Shown: positions 41,196 through 53,626, counted from the stretch's first letter. The stretch: 64,000 nucleotides of DNA from Dictyostelium discoideum (GCA_000004695.1 CM000155.2:3200001-3264000); one strand, 5' to 3'. The notes: generated by a model not told the origin, from the letters alone. Program-made: numbers and translations.

Positions 41196-41987
41196 ATGTC
41201 ACAAAATGAATATGACAAAAATGATTCACTTTTTAATAAATTTTCAAATAAAAATTTAACTATAGAGAATGAAACTCTACTATTTTCAATGATACCATGG
41301 GAAATTGTTAAGAATGGAAATGTTATTGATTTTGGTTGTGGTAATGGATGGTTTTGTAGAGAAATGATTGAAAAAGGTGTAAACCAAATTATTGGTGTTG
41401 ACATTTCTGAAAAATTAATTAAAAAAGCAATAGAATTAAATAAAGATAATAATGAAAAATCAAAATATTATGTCACTGATTTAGATAATTTCCAACTTAA
41501 TGAAACTCCTTTTAATTCATTAATTGGTTCATTTGATTTTGCATTTAGTTCATATTTAACTCATTATTTATCAGATTTAGAATCATTTTTTAAAAAAGTT
41601 TACAATTTATTAAAATCAAATAATAATAATGGTAGTAGTTTTATATTTTTTGCAGAACATCCAATGAGAACTTCAACAAAATGTATTGAAAATAAATTTA
41701 TTAGTCATAAATTTGAAGGTGATGAAAATTCAAAAATGGTTTGGCCAATTTCAAATTATAGTGAAGAAGGTAAAAGAGTTACTAAATGGGCTGGATCAAA
41801 TGGAATTGTTAAATATCATTATACAATTGAAACTTATGTAAACACTTTAATTAAAGTAGGTTTTAAAATTGATTATATAGGTGAATTAAATCTTGTAGAA
41901 AAACAATTACAACTTTGCAATTCTGGTGATATAACAATAGAAGCAAATAGTCCATTTACACTATTTATTAAAGTAATAAAAAATTAA
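41196..41987 (+). CDS. Class I SAM-dependent methyltransferase, paralog 2 (263 aa)
   Basis: VIDFGCGNGWFCREMIEKGVNQIIGVDISEKLIKKA. Tandem duplicate of 38981..39889, lacking the poly-Asn tracts. Confidence 0.75.
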   Translation: MSQNEYDKNDSLFNKFSNKNLTIENETLLFSMIPWEIVKNGNVIDFGCGNGWFCREMIEKGVNQIIGVDISEKLIKKAIELNKDNNEKSKYYVTDLDNFQLNETPFNSLIGSFDFAFSSYLTHYLSDLESFFKKVYNLLKSNNNNGSSFIFFAEHPMRTSTKCIENKFISHKFEGDENSKMVWPISNYSEEGKRVTKWAGSNGIVKYHYTIETYVNTLIKVGFKIDYIGELNLVEKQLQLCNSGDITIEANSPFTLFIKVIKN

Positions 41988-42620
41988 TTAAAGAAAGCTT
42001 TAATTTTTTTAAAAAAGTAAATCATTTTTATATTAAAAAAAAAAAATAAAAAAAATAAAAAAAAAAAAATAAAAAAAATAAAAAAAAAAGATTTTTTAAT
42101 CTTTTTTTTTTTTTCACCTATCCTTTTTGACAAATTAACACAGCAATTTCAAAAGTTATGTTTAAAAATTAATTATTTATTTTTTTTTCCCCACCATTTT
42201 AGCTTTTTTTTGATACACACAGAATAATAAAGAAATATTAATAAAAATAAAGAAATAATAATAAAATTCTTTTTTTTTTTTTTTAAAAAATTATTATTTT
42301 ATTAATTACCAATCACGTAGTTTAGTGTGCTCGAAATTGATAAAATTATTATGTTAACAGACACGAAATATGTTCGTTTTACAATTTAAAAAAATAATGC
42401 AGTTTCTGTTTCTCGTTAAAATAATTGTGACCTAAACAAAAATTAAAAAAAAAAAAAATAAAAAAACAATTAAATAAAAAATAAAAATAAAAAATAAAAT
42501 AAAACTGGGATTCAAAAATAAAAGCAAGCTCTAATCTATTATAATTTTTAATTAAATATGTGTTAATCTAATTCTTCAATACACCTCTAAACTTTTCACT
42601 TATATAAAAAAAAAAAAAAA

Positions 42621-42905
42621 ATGACATTAATTGGTATACCACGTGGTACACCTCAAATTGAAGTTATGTTTGATGTTGATAGTAATGGTATTTTAAATGT
42701 TGCAGCTGAAGATAAAACTTCTAAAAAAGTTGAAAAAATAACTATCACCAATGACAAAGGTCGTCCCTCTCTAAAAGATATTAATAAAATGGTTGAAGAT
42801 GCAGAGAAATTTAAAGAACAAGATCAACAACAAATTTTGAAAGTTTATTTTACAAATTATTGCATAAATAAAAAAAAAAAAAAAGATTTACAAAATTTTA
42901 TTTAA
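42621..42905 (+). pseudogene. Internally deleted Hsp70 copy: the first ~6 codons (MTLIGI) fused to the C-terminal ~70 codons of the substrate-binding/lid region. About 93% nt identity to 44640..44860 of the neighbouring full gene
   Basis: atgacattaattggtata|ccacgtggtacacctcaaattgaagtt versus the full gene's 5' end atgacatcaattggtatagat and internal ggtatcccaccagcaccacgtggtacacctcaaattgaagtt. The deletion junction sits in a shared tggtat microhomology. The ORF ends after a diverged tail. Confidence 0.6.
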
Positions 42906-43023
42906 AATAATAAAATGAGAAAATAATATAATTTTAAAAAACCAATAGTATTTAATGTATTTTTTTAATTAAAATTATAGAAATCCTATCCCTTGTTTAA
43001 ACAAATCTAATCGAAAAATCTGG

Positions 43024-43067
43024 TGAATTTCAACTGTTTCCCAAAAATGTGAAATTTCAGAAAATTA
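43024..43067 (+). promoter_or_regulatory. Heat-shock elements (alternating nGAAn/nTTCn units) about 180-220 bp upstream of the Hsp70 ATG
   Basis: gtGAAtTTCaac (43025..43031) and tGAAatTTCaGAAaaTT (43051..43066), a three-unit HSE. Confidence 0.6.
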
Positions 43068-43241
43068 AATTTAAAAAAAAAAGCAAAAAAAAAAAAACTA
43101 TTTATATTCGCTGTTTTATTTTTAATTTCTATTATTAATTATTTCTTTTTTTTTATATTTATATATATTAATTATTTTCTTATTACTTTTTTCGTTATTA
43201 AATTTAAATTTTTAATAGATTATTAAAAAAAAAAAAAAAAA

Positions 43242-45134
43242 ATGACATCAATTGGTATAGATTTAGGAACAACATATTCTTGTGTTGGTGTTTGGTTGAA
43301 TGATCGTGTTGAAATTATTGCAAATGATCAAGGTAATAGAACTACTCCATCATATGTTGCATTCAATGATACAGAGCGTTTAATTGGTGATGCTGCAAAG
43401 AATCAAGTTGCAATGAATCCAATAAATACAGTTTTCGATGCAAAACGTTTAATTGGTAGGAAATTTTCAGATAGTGTTGTTCAAAGTGATATGAAACATT
43501 GGCCATTTAAAGTTATAACAAATAAAAACGATGATAAACCATTAATTCAAGTTGATTTCAAAGGTGAAACTAAAACATTCTCACCTGAAGAAATTTCATC
43601 AATGGTATTATCAAAAATGAAAGAAACTGCTGAATCATATTTAGGTAAACCTGTTAACAATGCAGTTATAACAGTTCCAGCTTATTTCAATGATGGACAA
43701 CGTCAAGCAACTAAGGATGCTGGTACAATTTCAAAATTAAATGTTCAACGTATCATTAATGAACCAAGTGCTGCTGCTATTGCATATGGTTTAGATAAGA
43801 AAGGTAGTAAAAGTGGTGAAATAAAAGTTTTAATATTCGATTTGGGTGGTGGTACATTTGATGTTTCATTACTATCAATTGATGATGGTGTATTTGAAGT
43901 TTTAGCAACAGCTGGTGATACTCATTTAGGTGGTGAAGATTTTGATAATCGTTTAGTGAATCACTTTGTAGATGAATTCAAACGTAAACATAAGAAGGAT
44001 ATAATGGGTAACCAACGTGCTCTTCGTCGTTTGAGAACTGCATGTGAACGTGCAAAAAGAACACTATCATCATCATCTCAAGCATCAGTTGAAATTGATT
44101 CACTTTATGATGGTATTGATTTCTATACCTCAATTACCAGAGCACGTTTTGAAGAACTTTGTTCTGACCTTTTCAATAATTGTATTGAACCAGTTGAAAA
44201 AGTTTTAAAAGATTGTAAATTGGATAAGAAATCAATAGATGAAATTGTATTAGTTGGTGGTTCAACTCGTATTCCAAAAGTTCAACAATTAATTCAAAAT
44301 CTTTTCAATGGTAAAGAATTAAATAAATCAATTAATCCTGACGAAGCCGTTGCATATGGTGCAGCAGTACAAGCTGCTATTCTATCAGGTGATAAAAGCT
44401 CAAGAATCTCTGAATTAATTTTCATTGATGTTGCACCATTATCATTGGGTATTGAAACTGTTGGTGGTGTAATGACAAACATCGTTCCAAGAAACACAAT
44501 TATCCCATGTAAAAAGACACAAACTTTTTCAACTCACACAGATAATCAAAGTGGTGTTTTAATTCAAGTTTATGAGGGTGAACGTACAATGACAAAAGAT
44601 AATAATCTATTGGGTAAATTTGAATTAACTGGTATCCCACCAGCACCACGTGGTACACCTCAAATTGAAGTTAGTTTCGATGTTGATAGTAATGGTATTT
44701 TAAATGTTACAGCTGAAGATAAAACTACTAAAAAAGTTGAAAAAATAACTATCACCAATGACAAAGGTCGTCTCTCTCTAAAAGATATTACTAAAATGGT
44801 TGAAGATGCAGAGAAATTTAAAGAACAAGATCAACAACAAAAAGAACGTATTGAATCAAAGAATAATCTTGAAAACTATATATTTTCTGTAAAAAATTCA
44901 ATTAATGACCAGAAAATCATTTCAAAACTCTCTAAATCTGATAAAAATATTATTGAATCTGAAACTGAAAGTACTCTTAAATGGTTAGAATCAAATCAAT
45001 CTGCCGAAAAGGATGAATTTAATCAAAAGATATCAGATCTTGAATCAATTGTTAACCCAATCCTTAGTAAATTCTATCAAGGTAATAATAATCCAAAACC
45101 AACCACAACTACTTTTAACCAAGATCTTGATTAA
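43242..45134 (+). CDS. Hsp70 family chaperone (630 aa, intronless, no C-terminal EEVD)
   Basis: Canonical Hsp70 signatures: [40 protein letters not shown]. Substrate-binding domain and lid present. Ends ...TTFNQDLD. HSEs upstream. Confidence 0.9.
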   Translation: MTSIGIDLGTTYSCVGVWLNDRVEIIANDQGNRTTPSYVAFNDTERLIGDAAKNQVAMNPINTVFDAKRLIGRKFSDSVVQSDMKHWPFKVITNKNDDKPLIQVDFKGETKTFSPEEISSMVLSKMKETAESYLGKPVNNAVITVPAYFNDGQRQATKDAGTISKLNVQRIINEPSAAAIAYGLDKKGSKSGEIKVLIFDLGGGTFDVSLLSIDDGVFEVLATAGDTHLGGEDFDNRLVNHFVDEFKRKHKKDIMGNQRALRRLRTACERAKRTLSSSSQASVEIDSLYDGIDFYTSITRARFEELCSDLFNNCIEPVEKVLKDCKLDKKSIDEIVLVGGSTRIPKVQQLIQNLFNGKELNKSINPDEAVAYGAAVQAAILSGDKSSRISELIFIDVAPLSLGIETVGGVMTNIVPRNTIIPCKKTQTFSTHTDNQSGVLIQVYEGERTMTKDNNLLGKFELTGIPPAPRGTPQIEVSFDVDSNGILNVTAEDKTTKKVEKITITNDKGRLSLKDITKMVEDAEKFKEQDQQQKERIESKNNLENYIFSVKNSINDQKIISKLSKSDKNIIESETESTLKWLESNQSAEKDEFNQKISDLESIVNPILSKFYQGNNNPKPTTTTFNQDLD

Positions 45135-45643
45135 AATTAAATATATAAATTTCAGTGTAAAAAAATAAAAAAATTAAATATACATTCCATAAAGTTTTCC
45201 TTTTCCCAATCATTTCTCTACAAAACCATCCATTACTACAAATAATAATTTTCTAAAATATCAAAAAAAAAATAAAAAAAAAAAATAAAAAAAAAAATAA
45301 AAAAAAAAAAAAATTTATTAATTTTTTTTTGGAGTGACAGAATTCTGTTCTGTTCTGTGGTTGTATTTAAATTCAATTATATTCTCATTTTAATTATATT
45401 GATATTTGTAGTCATTTAAATATTTTTAGTGGTAGACTTCAAATGATCTTTCTTTGAACATTTGTTGAGTTTTGTAATATATAAAACAAATATTTATCTG
45501 TTTTGGTAACTTTTTATTTAATTGTTTTTATTTGAAAAAAAAAAATAAAATAAAATAAAGAATTAAAAATAAAAAATAAATTAGAAAATTAAAATAACGA
45601 AATATTAAATGAAAAAAGGGGTAAAAATATCTTTATTTTATTT

Positions 45644-45674
<31 letters not shown>

Positions 45675-46115
45675 GACACAGAGTTTGTGGTTTTAATAAA
45701 TAAAAACGAATTTGTTTATCATTAATTTGAAATTTCATTTTTTTATAATTTTATCCGTTTTTGTATAATTTGTCAAAAATGTATATTTATAAATGAAACA
45801 AAGAATTTGTTTACTTGAAATTCTATTGTGGTTAAATTTTTGACTTTGTAGGATTGTAATTTAAATTACAAATTATAATAATTTGGAAAAAATAGATTTT
45901 CAATTTAATTATTTTTTTTTTAAAAAAAAAAAAAAAGTATAAATTAAAAATAAATTTTAATGTTTTATTTCATTCACAAATTATTTAATTACAAAATAAA
46001 ATAACAAAAATAAAATGACACTCTTTTGTAAGAATTTAATTATATTTTTTATTTAATTTAAAAATAAAGTTACTAATTTATTTATTTTAAAAAACTATTA
46101 GCTTCAATCTCATCA

Positions 46116-46355
46116 ATGTCAAGTTCAATGACAAGCTCAAAATCCAGCTTTGCATCTTTTGGTAATGGAACAAGGGTGAGTTCAAATTCAATTGCATGTA
46201 GTGTTGACTGTGACGGCAAAGGTGTTAGCTCAGGATCAGACTTAACAGGAGGCGCTAAATCAGGTGGAGATTGTGGTGGTAAAGGAAGACCAAATAATCA
46301 TGGTCATGGTCATGAAAATTGTCATGGTGGTAAAGGTCCAGGAAATTCATGTTAA
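46116..46355 (+). CDS. Small (79 aa) Ser/Gly/Cys/His-rich hypothetical protein
   Basis: [26 protein letters not shown]...[26 protein letters not shown], with Dictyostelium-like codon usage. Low-complexity composition. Followed by a (TTTATTTA)n array at 46437..46495. Expression is unverified. Confidence 0.3.
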   Translation: MSSSMTSSKSSFASFGNGTRVSSNSIACSVDCDGKGVSSGSDLTGGAKSGGDCGGKGRPNNHGHGHENCHGGKGPGNSC

Positions 46356-46432
46356 TGTTAATATTAATTTGTACTACAATGTAATATTACATTATTTAAA
46401 ATAAAATGGCGATTAAAAAAATGTGTGGAGCT

Positions 46433-46491
<59 letters not shown>

Positions 46492-46807
46492 TATATATTT
46501 TTATTTTTATTTTTATTTTTAATTTTTTTTTTATTTTTATTTATTTTTTTATTTAATTTCTTTTTTTATAACCATGTGGAAATTAAATTTTTAAATGTTT
46601 TTTTTTTTTAAAAAAAGATATTTTTTTTTTTTTATTTTTTTTTTTGATGATTTTTCATCAACACAAATAATTAATAATGAATGTTTTTGAATTAATTAAA
46701 AAAAAAATTATTTATAAATCACTTATTTATTAAAATAATATTTTATTTTATTTTATTTTATCTATATTTTCATACAGTTAAGCTTAACTTTTTACAAATT
46801 TTATAAA

Positions 46808-48517
46808 ATGCCATCAATGGGTATAGATTTAGGAACAACATATTCTTGTGTTGGTGTTTGCAATGAAAAAGGTCGTATTGAAATTATTGCAAATGATCAA
46901 GGTAATAGAACTACCCCATCATATGTTTCATTTAATAATAGAGAATGTTTAATTGGAGATGATGCAATGAATCAAGTTGCAATGAATCCAGTTAATACCA
47001 TTTTCGATGTAAAACGTTTATTTGGTAGAAAATATTCAGATAGTGTTGTTCAAAGTGATATGAAACTTTGGCCATTTAAAGTTATAGCAAATAAATTTGA
47101 TGATAAACCATTAATTCAAGTTGATTTCAAAGGTGAAACTAAAACATTCTCACCTGAAGAAATTTCATCAATGGTATTATCAAAAATGAAAGAAATTGTA
47201 GAACAACACTTGGGTGAACCTGTTACAGATGCAGTTATAACAGTTCCAGCTTATTTCAATGATAGACAGCGCCATGCAACCAAATATGCAGGTACAATTT
47301 CAAATTTAAATGTATTAAGAATTATTAATGAACCAACTGCTACTGCAATTGCATATGGTTTACATAGGAGAGGTATTGATGATATGAAAGTTTTAATAAT
47401 CGATCTAGGTGGTGGTACATTTGATGTTTCATTATTCAATATAGAAGATGGTATATATGAAATTTTATTATCAGGTGGTGACAATCATTTAGGTGGTGCG
47501 GATTTTAATAATCGTTTAATGAATCACTTTATAGATGAATTTAAACTTAAACATAAAAAAGATATAACCAATAATCAACGTGCTATTTTTCGTTTAAGAA
47601 CTGCATGTGAACGTGCAAAGAGAACTTTATCAATTTCATCATTAGCATCGATTGAAATTGACTCACTTTATGATGGTATTGATTTTTATTCAACAATTAC
47701 AAGAACACATTTTGAAAAACTTTGTTCTGACCTTTTCCATAGTTGTATCGATCATGTTGAAACAATTTTAAATAAATGTAAATTAGATAAAAGTTTAGTA
47801 GATGAAATTGTATTAGCTGGTGGTTCAACTCAAATTCCAAAGATACAAAGAATGTTTAAAGAATACTTCAATGGTAAAGAATTTAACAACTCGATTAACC
47901 CTGATGAAGTTGTTGCATATGGTGCAGCAGTACAATCTGGAGTTATTTCAGGCAAAGGTTCAAACTTTCCTCAACTTATTTTTTTAAATGTTACACCATT
48001 ATCAATGGGTATTGAAACTGTTGGTGGAATAATGACAAATCTTGTTGAAAGAAATACTCATATTCCTATTAAAAAAACGCAAACTTTTTCAACCCAATAT
48101 GATAATCAAACCAATGTTTTAATTCAAATTTATGAAGGTGAACGTACAATGACTAAAGATAATAATCTAATTGGTACATTTGAATTAAATGGTATCCCAC
48201 CAGCACCACGTGGTGTTACCCAGATTGAAGTTTGTTTTGATGTTGATATAGATGGTATATTAACAGTTAGTGCAGAAGATAAAACCACAAAAAAAGTTCA
48301 AAAAATCACCATCTCCAATATTAATGATCATCTCTCAAAAGTAGAGATTGAAAAAATGATAGTAGATGGTGAGAAATTTAAACAACAAGATCAACAACAA
48401 AAAAAAGAACTTATTGAATCAAATTATAAAATATATTGTGGTGATGAAAACACATTAGATTTTGAAATTACTCAAAAATTGTTAGGATCAGCTCAATCTA
48501 CTGAAATGAACGAATGA
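46808..48517 (+). CDS. Divergent Hsp70 paralog (569 aa) with a truncated C-terminal lid and substitutions in conserved ATPase motifs
   Basis: [24 protein letters not shown] and [14 protein letters not shown] are conserved. However QRQATKDAG is [20 protein letters not shown] is [11 protein letters not shown], and the protein ends shortly after the beta-sandwich. Confidence 0.8.
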   Translation: MPSMGIDLGTTYSCVGVCNEKGRIEIIANDQGNRTTPSYVSFNNRECLIGDDAMNQVAMNPVNTIFDVKRLFGRKYSDSVVQSDMKLWPFKVIANKFDDKPLIQVDFKGETKTFSPEEISSMVLSKMKEIVEQHLGEPVTDAVITVPAYFNDRQRHATKYAGTISNLNVLRIINEPTATAIAYGLHRRGIDDMKVLIIDLGGGTFDVSLFNIEDGIYEILLSGGDNHLGGADFNNRLMNHFIDEFKLKHKKDITNNQRAIFRLRTACERAKRTLSISSLASIEIDSLYDGIDFYSTITRTHFEKLCSDLFHSCIDHVETILNKCKLDKSLVDEIVLAGGSTQIPKIQRMFKEYFNGKEFNNSINPDEVVAYGAAVQSGVISGKGSNFPQLIFLNVTPLSMGIETVGGIMTNLVERNTHIPIKKTQTFSTQYDNQTNVLIQIYEGERTMTKDNNLIGTFELNGIPPAPRGVTQIEVCFDVDIDGILTVSAEDKTTKKVQKITISNINDHLSKVEIEKMIVDGEKFKQQDQQQKKELIESNYKIYCGDENTLDFEITQKLLGSAQSTEMNE

Positions 48518-48933
48518 CTAAACTCAGTCCAAAATAAAAGTAATTGTTTTTTTATTAATAATATAGGTAGTATCATTTAATCCTTTCATATGTACAAAAA
48601 TAATAAAAATAATAATAATAATAATAATAATTCACTTTTAAATAAATCCAAATGAAACTATAGTATGTGTTTCAATCAATAACAACTTTTATTTCCTTTT
48701 ATTTTTTTTTTTATTTTTTTTTATTTTTATTTTTATTTGTTTATATATTGTATAAGAAAAAAACACTCCTGTATAGTTTATAACATCATCTACTATTTTA
48801 GTATAATAATAATAATATAAACTATACATGGATTATTTTTCTTATACAATTTATTTAAACTAATAAAAATAAAAAATAAAAAAATAAAAAAAAAAGAATT
48901 AATAGAAAATGTATAGATATTTATTTATATATT

Positions 48934-49221
48934 TTAATTTTTTGGTTTTATTAATTTATTCTTTTTTGAATGATTTAAAAATTCTGCATATCCACCAACA
49001 AAACTTTTGGCATCATCAGTACAACCCTCAATAACCAATGGACATGTAGTATGATATCTTGCTTTATGTCCTAAACCTGTTGTTTGTTTCTCTAAATATT
49101 CTTTCCATTCCTCTCTATCACATTCTTTATTTTCAACTTTTATATTTTTATTATTACTATCAATATGTTTACCTAATTGAACTGCTTTTTGATAATATGG
49201 ACCTTTTTTTTTTTTTTTCAT
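48934..49221 (-). CDS. Small hypothetical protein (95 aa)
   Basis: ORF with ordinary, non-low-complexity composition (GPYYQKAVQLGKHIDSNNKNIKVENKECDREEWKEYLEKQTTGLGHKARYHTTCPLVIEGCTDDAKSFVGGYAEF). No family recognised. The start codon lies at the edge of a poly(T) tract. Confidence 0.3.
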   Translation of the reverse strand: MKKKKKGPYYQKAVQLGKHIDSNNKNIKVENKECDREEWKEYLEKQTTGLGHKARYHTTCPLVIEGCTDDAKSFVGGYAEFLNHSKKNKLIKPKN

Positions 49222-49526
49222 TTAAAAAGTTAATTGGTATTTTTTTTTTTTTTTTTTTTTTTTTTCAATACACTTTTGTATTTAGAGATTCAAAAATACA
49301 AACATTGTGGATATCCATGTATAGTGAAACATGTTTCCTCTCCAAATAAAAATGAATTTAATGATTGCATTTGTTTAAAATCTGTAGAACTAATTAATGA
49401 AAATAATAAAAAAAAAAAATTGAAAAAGAAAAAAAATAAAAAAAAAAAGCAAAAAACGTAAAACGTTGTCCAGATAGAATAAATTAAAAAATAAATTAAA
49501 AAATTAAAAAATTAAAAAAAATTACT

Positions 49527-51382
49527 TTAAATGTTAAAATTTATTTTAGCTTTCTTTTTAGATATTTCCAAAAGGCTATGTTTCAATTTAACTTCATAAT
49601 CTTTTTCAAAATTATTATTATTATTGTTTTTATTATTATTATTATTGTTATTATTATTATTTTCAATATTTTCAACACTACCATCAATTTCATTTCCATC
49701 TTCATTATTATTATCATTATTATCATCTCCATTATCACCAATATCATTTATTTTTCTCTTTGAATAAATTAATCTCATTTGATTTAAACCTAATTTATAA
49801 CTTGATTGGAATTTTTCATAAACATTTGGTTTCCATTTTAAACAATGTAAAGTTTGAGATCTTTCAGCTTTTTTCATCATAGAAATATAATATTTAATTT
49901 CTGATTTATCAACAATTGTATAAGAAACACCAAAATTTCCAGCACGAGCAGTTCTACCAACTCTATGAACGTATAATGTAATATTTGGTGGTGTATTATA
50001 ATTAATTACAACATCAATATCTTGAATATCCATACCTCTAGACATAATATCACTACAAATTAAACTATATAGTCATATCATAATTAAAAATAAAAAAATA
50101 AAAAAATTAATATTAATTTTATGAATTATAAAAAAAAAAAAAAAATACATTACATATCAATTTGATTTAATTTAAATCTTGATAATAAATCAGCTCTTTC
50201 AACAGTTGATAAAGATGAAGAATATTCTTCACATGTGAATTTTAATTTATCAACTTGACCAATTAATTTTAATAATGTATTTAATCTATGAGTGATATCA
50301 ACTGATTTTGTAAAACAAATGATTTTCTTTTTATTTTCACCATTTGCATTGTTTTTTAATAATGATTCATAAATAATATTTAATAAAACCAATGGTTTTT
50401 GATCACCATTTGAAATGATATAACATTCTTTTAATGTTGATGGCATACTATATTTAATTTCTTTAGTTTTACTAGTTGTAAAAAATAATGGTGCATTCAA
50501 TTGTAATAATGAAATCTTTGATGGATTATATGTCATTGTTGCTGATAATAATAATTTAACCAATTTAAATTCACTCCAACATAAATGATTCATTTGATTA
50601 TTATTATCTTTTAATGATATTGATTTTTCAAATAATTCAATATCACTAAAAAAAAAAAAAAAAAAAAAGTTAATATATTACAATAAATTTATAATAATAA
50701 TAATAAAATTAATAATTTACCCTTTACTATTATATTTTATTAATTGTTCTTCTTGTTGTTGATTTAAATCAGAATGTTGATTTGTTGAATCAATTACAAT
50801 TTCTAACCAATCTTGAAAACTTTGTCTTAATAATCTATCAGCTTCATCAATTACTAAATAATTTAAATATTTTAAGGTGAAACCTAAAGTTTCATTTATA
50901 TGATCAACGATTCTACCAGGTGTTGAAACGATGATATCAACCAAACTTTCATAAAGTGCATGTTCGCCATATGAATGATTTTTAATTAATAATTTTTGTT
51001 CAATGTGAAATGGTTTTACACCTAATGAAAGTACAACTAAATCAGTTCCTTTAATAATTGATTGAAATGTTTTTTCAACTTGAATCACTAGATCATGAGT
51101 TGGTACAATCACTGCAACTCTAACTCTTCTAACTACTCTTTTAACAATTTTCTGTACTAATGGTATTGCATATGCCAATGTTTTACCACTACCTGTTGGT
51201 GCACAAACACAAATATCATGTCCTTCAGTACGATTTATAAATGGTACTATCTCTTGTTGAACTGGAAATAAATTTATAATTGATTGTTCTTTTAAATTAT
51301 TTATTAACCATTCTTCAATACCAAATGATTCCAATGTATTATTATTATTATTTATATTTTCATTATAATTTATTGTTGTCAT
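49527..51382 (-). CDS. DEAD-box ATP-dependent RNA helicase, 3 exons
   Basis: Exons approx 51382..50721, 50645..50154 and 50052..49527 (donors GTAAAT and GTAATG, both phase 2). Motif I CAPTGSGKT, Ia PTHDLVIQV, II VIDEADRLL, III STPGR, VI HRVGRTARAG. Acidic, Asn-rich C-terminal tail. Confidence 0.8.
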
Positions 51383-51576
51383 TATTATAACGTATTGCAA
51401 CTTTTTTTTTTTCAAAAAATAAATGAAAATTGATAATTATTTCGTTCGTTTTTTCCAAAATTTTAAAAAAAAAAAAAAAAAATTAAAAAAAATTAAAAAA
51501 AAAAAAAAAATTTTTTTTTTAATTTTTTTTTATTAAAGGCAATCAATTTTTTTTTTGTCGACAAAGGATTTCAAAA

Positions 51577-53028
51577 ATGGGAGAAATTAATAATAATAAA
51601 GAAATAAATGAAAAAGATGATGAAATTAATAATAAAAGATTAAAATATGAAGGATTTATAAAAAAAGAAAAAAAGAAAAAACAAAAGATTGATCATTCAA
51701 TACCATTAAAAGAGAAACCAACTCAAGAAGATATTGATTCCCATAGTGAATGTTTATTTTGGATTGTAAATAAAAAAAAGCATAGAGCTGAATTTTGTAA
51801 ATATAAAAGAGCAAAAGATTCAATACTTTGTAATCATCATAAACCAATTGATCAAATATCTTCAGAACCGCAACCGCAACTAACTGATTATAATGGGGAC
51901 GATGTCACTGAAAATAATAATAATTCTACTACTACCACCACAGCCACTACCCAAGATGATAATTCCAAACCAAAAGAAAGAAAAAGAATACATTGTCCAT
52001 TAAATCCAACTCAGTATGTATTTTTTTTTATTTTTTTTATTCTATTTTTAGAATTAGTATTTATATTAATAATTTTTTTTTAAAAAAAAAAAAAATAGTA
52101 TTATTTATGAATGTAAATTACAAAAACATTTAAAAGCATGTCCAAATGCAAAAGTTGGTCAAAAGAATGCACACATTGAATTATCAAAAAAAGAACCATA
52201 TTATAAAGAGAATATAAATGATTTAAATGAAAATGTAAAATTAACATTAGAACCAATAATTTTATCACAAGTTTCAACTGAAAATTTAATTAATATCTCT
52301 ATTAAATTGGATCAATTCTTTGAAAAATTCTTTAAAAATGAAATTCAATCTTTAAATCAAACACATAAATCTTTTGATAAAATTTTTAATTCAGAGTATG
52401 TAATATTTAAATATATCATCACCTATAATAACAGCAGCAACAACAACAATATATTATTAATTGGAAAATAACTTATAATTTATTATTTATTATTAATATT
52501 AATATTATTATTTTAATTTTTAAAAAAAAAAAAATTAAAAAAATAGTCAACAATTAAAACATATTCAACAAGAATCATCAATTATAAATTTATTAGAAAA
52601 TAGTAATCTTTATAATTCAGATAATGTTTATTTAGAGTTTGGGGCAGGATCAGGTAAATTAAGTAACCATATATTTATGTCACATGAAAAGAAATCAGGT
52701 CATATTTTAATTGATAGAATGAAATTTAGATCATTAAAAAAAGTAGATAGATTAATAAAGAATGAAAAAGGTTGTCATCATTTCTCTAGACTTTTAATTG
52801 ATATTAGACATTTAAATCTATCAAATCTATCAATACTTGAAGAGAAACCATTCGTTATCACATCAAAACATCTTTGTGGTTGTGCAACTGATTTCACATT
52901 AGATTCAATTTTTAATCTTTTAAATAATTCAAATGAAAAAGTTAATAATAATTTTAAAGGAATTGGTATTGCAACTTGTTGTCATCATATTTGTAATTTT
53001 AATACTTATTCAAGTAAGTTTTTTTTAA

Positions 53029-53077
<49 letters not shown>

Positions 53078-53485
53078 TTTTAATATTTTTATATTTTTCT
53101 ATTTATAGATCAATCATATTTAAAAGATCAATTAAATATTACACCATTAGAATTTCAATTAATTTGTTCGATTAGTAGTTGGGCAACAATTGATGAAAAT
53201 AAATGTAATAATGATGATGATGATAATGAAGTTGAAGAAGATGATGAATTAATTAAAAAAGATAAAAAAGAAAAAAAAGAATTTGAAAATCAATTAAAGA
53301 TTGAATTTAATAAACAAGATGTATTTAGTATAAAAAGAAAAGAGGAATTAGGATATAAAGCAAAGAGATTAATTGATTATGGTAGATATTTATTTATTAA
53401 AGAAAAATTAAATTTACCAAATACAAAATTTTGGATTTATACAAATCAATCAAAAGAAAATTTATTTTTAGTTTCAAATAAATAA
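51577..53485 (+). CDS. tRNA 2'-O-methyltransferase TRM13 (CCDC76) homolog, 4 exons
   Basis: Exons approx 51577..52016, 52099..52395, 52547..53013 and 53109..53485. zf-TRM13 CCCH region CLFWIVNKKKHRAEFCKYKRAKDSILCNHH. CHHC U11-48K-type finger spanning intron 1: HCPLNPT|HIIYECKLQKHLKACP. Methyltransferase core LEFGAGSGKLSNHI...IDRMKFR...HLCGCATD. Confidence 0.75.
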
Positions 53486-53626
53486 ATTAAAAAATTAATT
53501 TAAAATTAATTAAATAATTTATTTAATTGTTAAATTGTTTAATAATATAGATGAATTATTTATATTTTTTTTTTTTTTTTTTTTAAAAAATTTTTTAAAA
53601 AGTTTTTTTTATTTTATTTTTTTTTG

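Noticed and set aside
38947-41404. Minus-strand ORFs 38947..39189 and 41156..41404, conserved between the two MT loci (MSTPIIWFTPFSIISLQNHPLPQPKSIT...)
   Set aside because: Their conservation is explained by the conserved sense-strand MT coding sequence they overlap. There is no independent signal.
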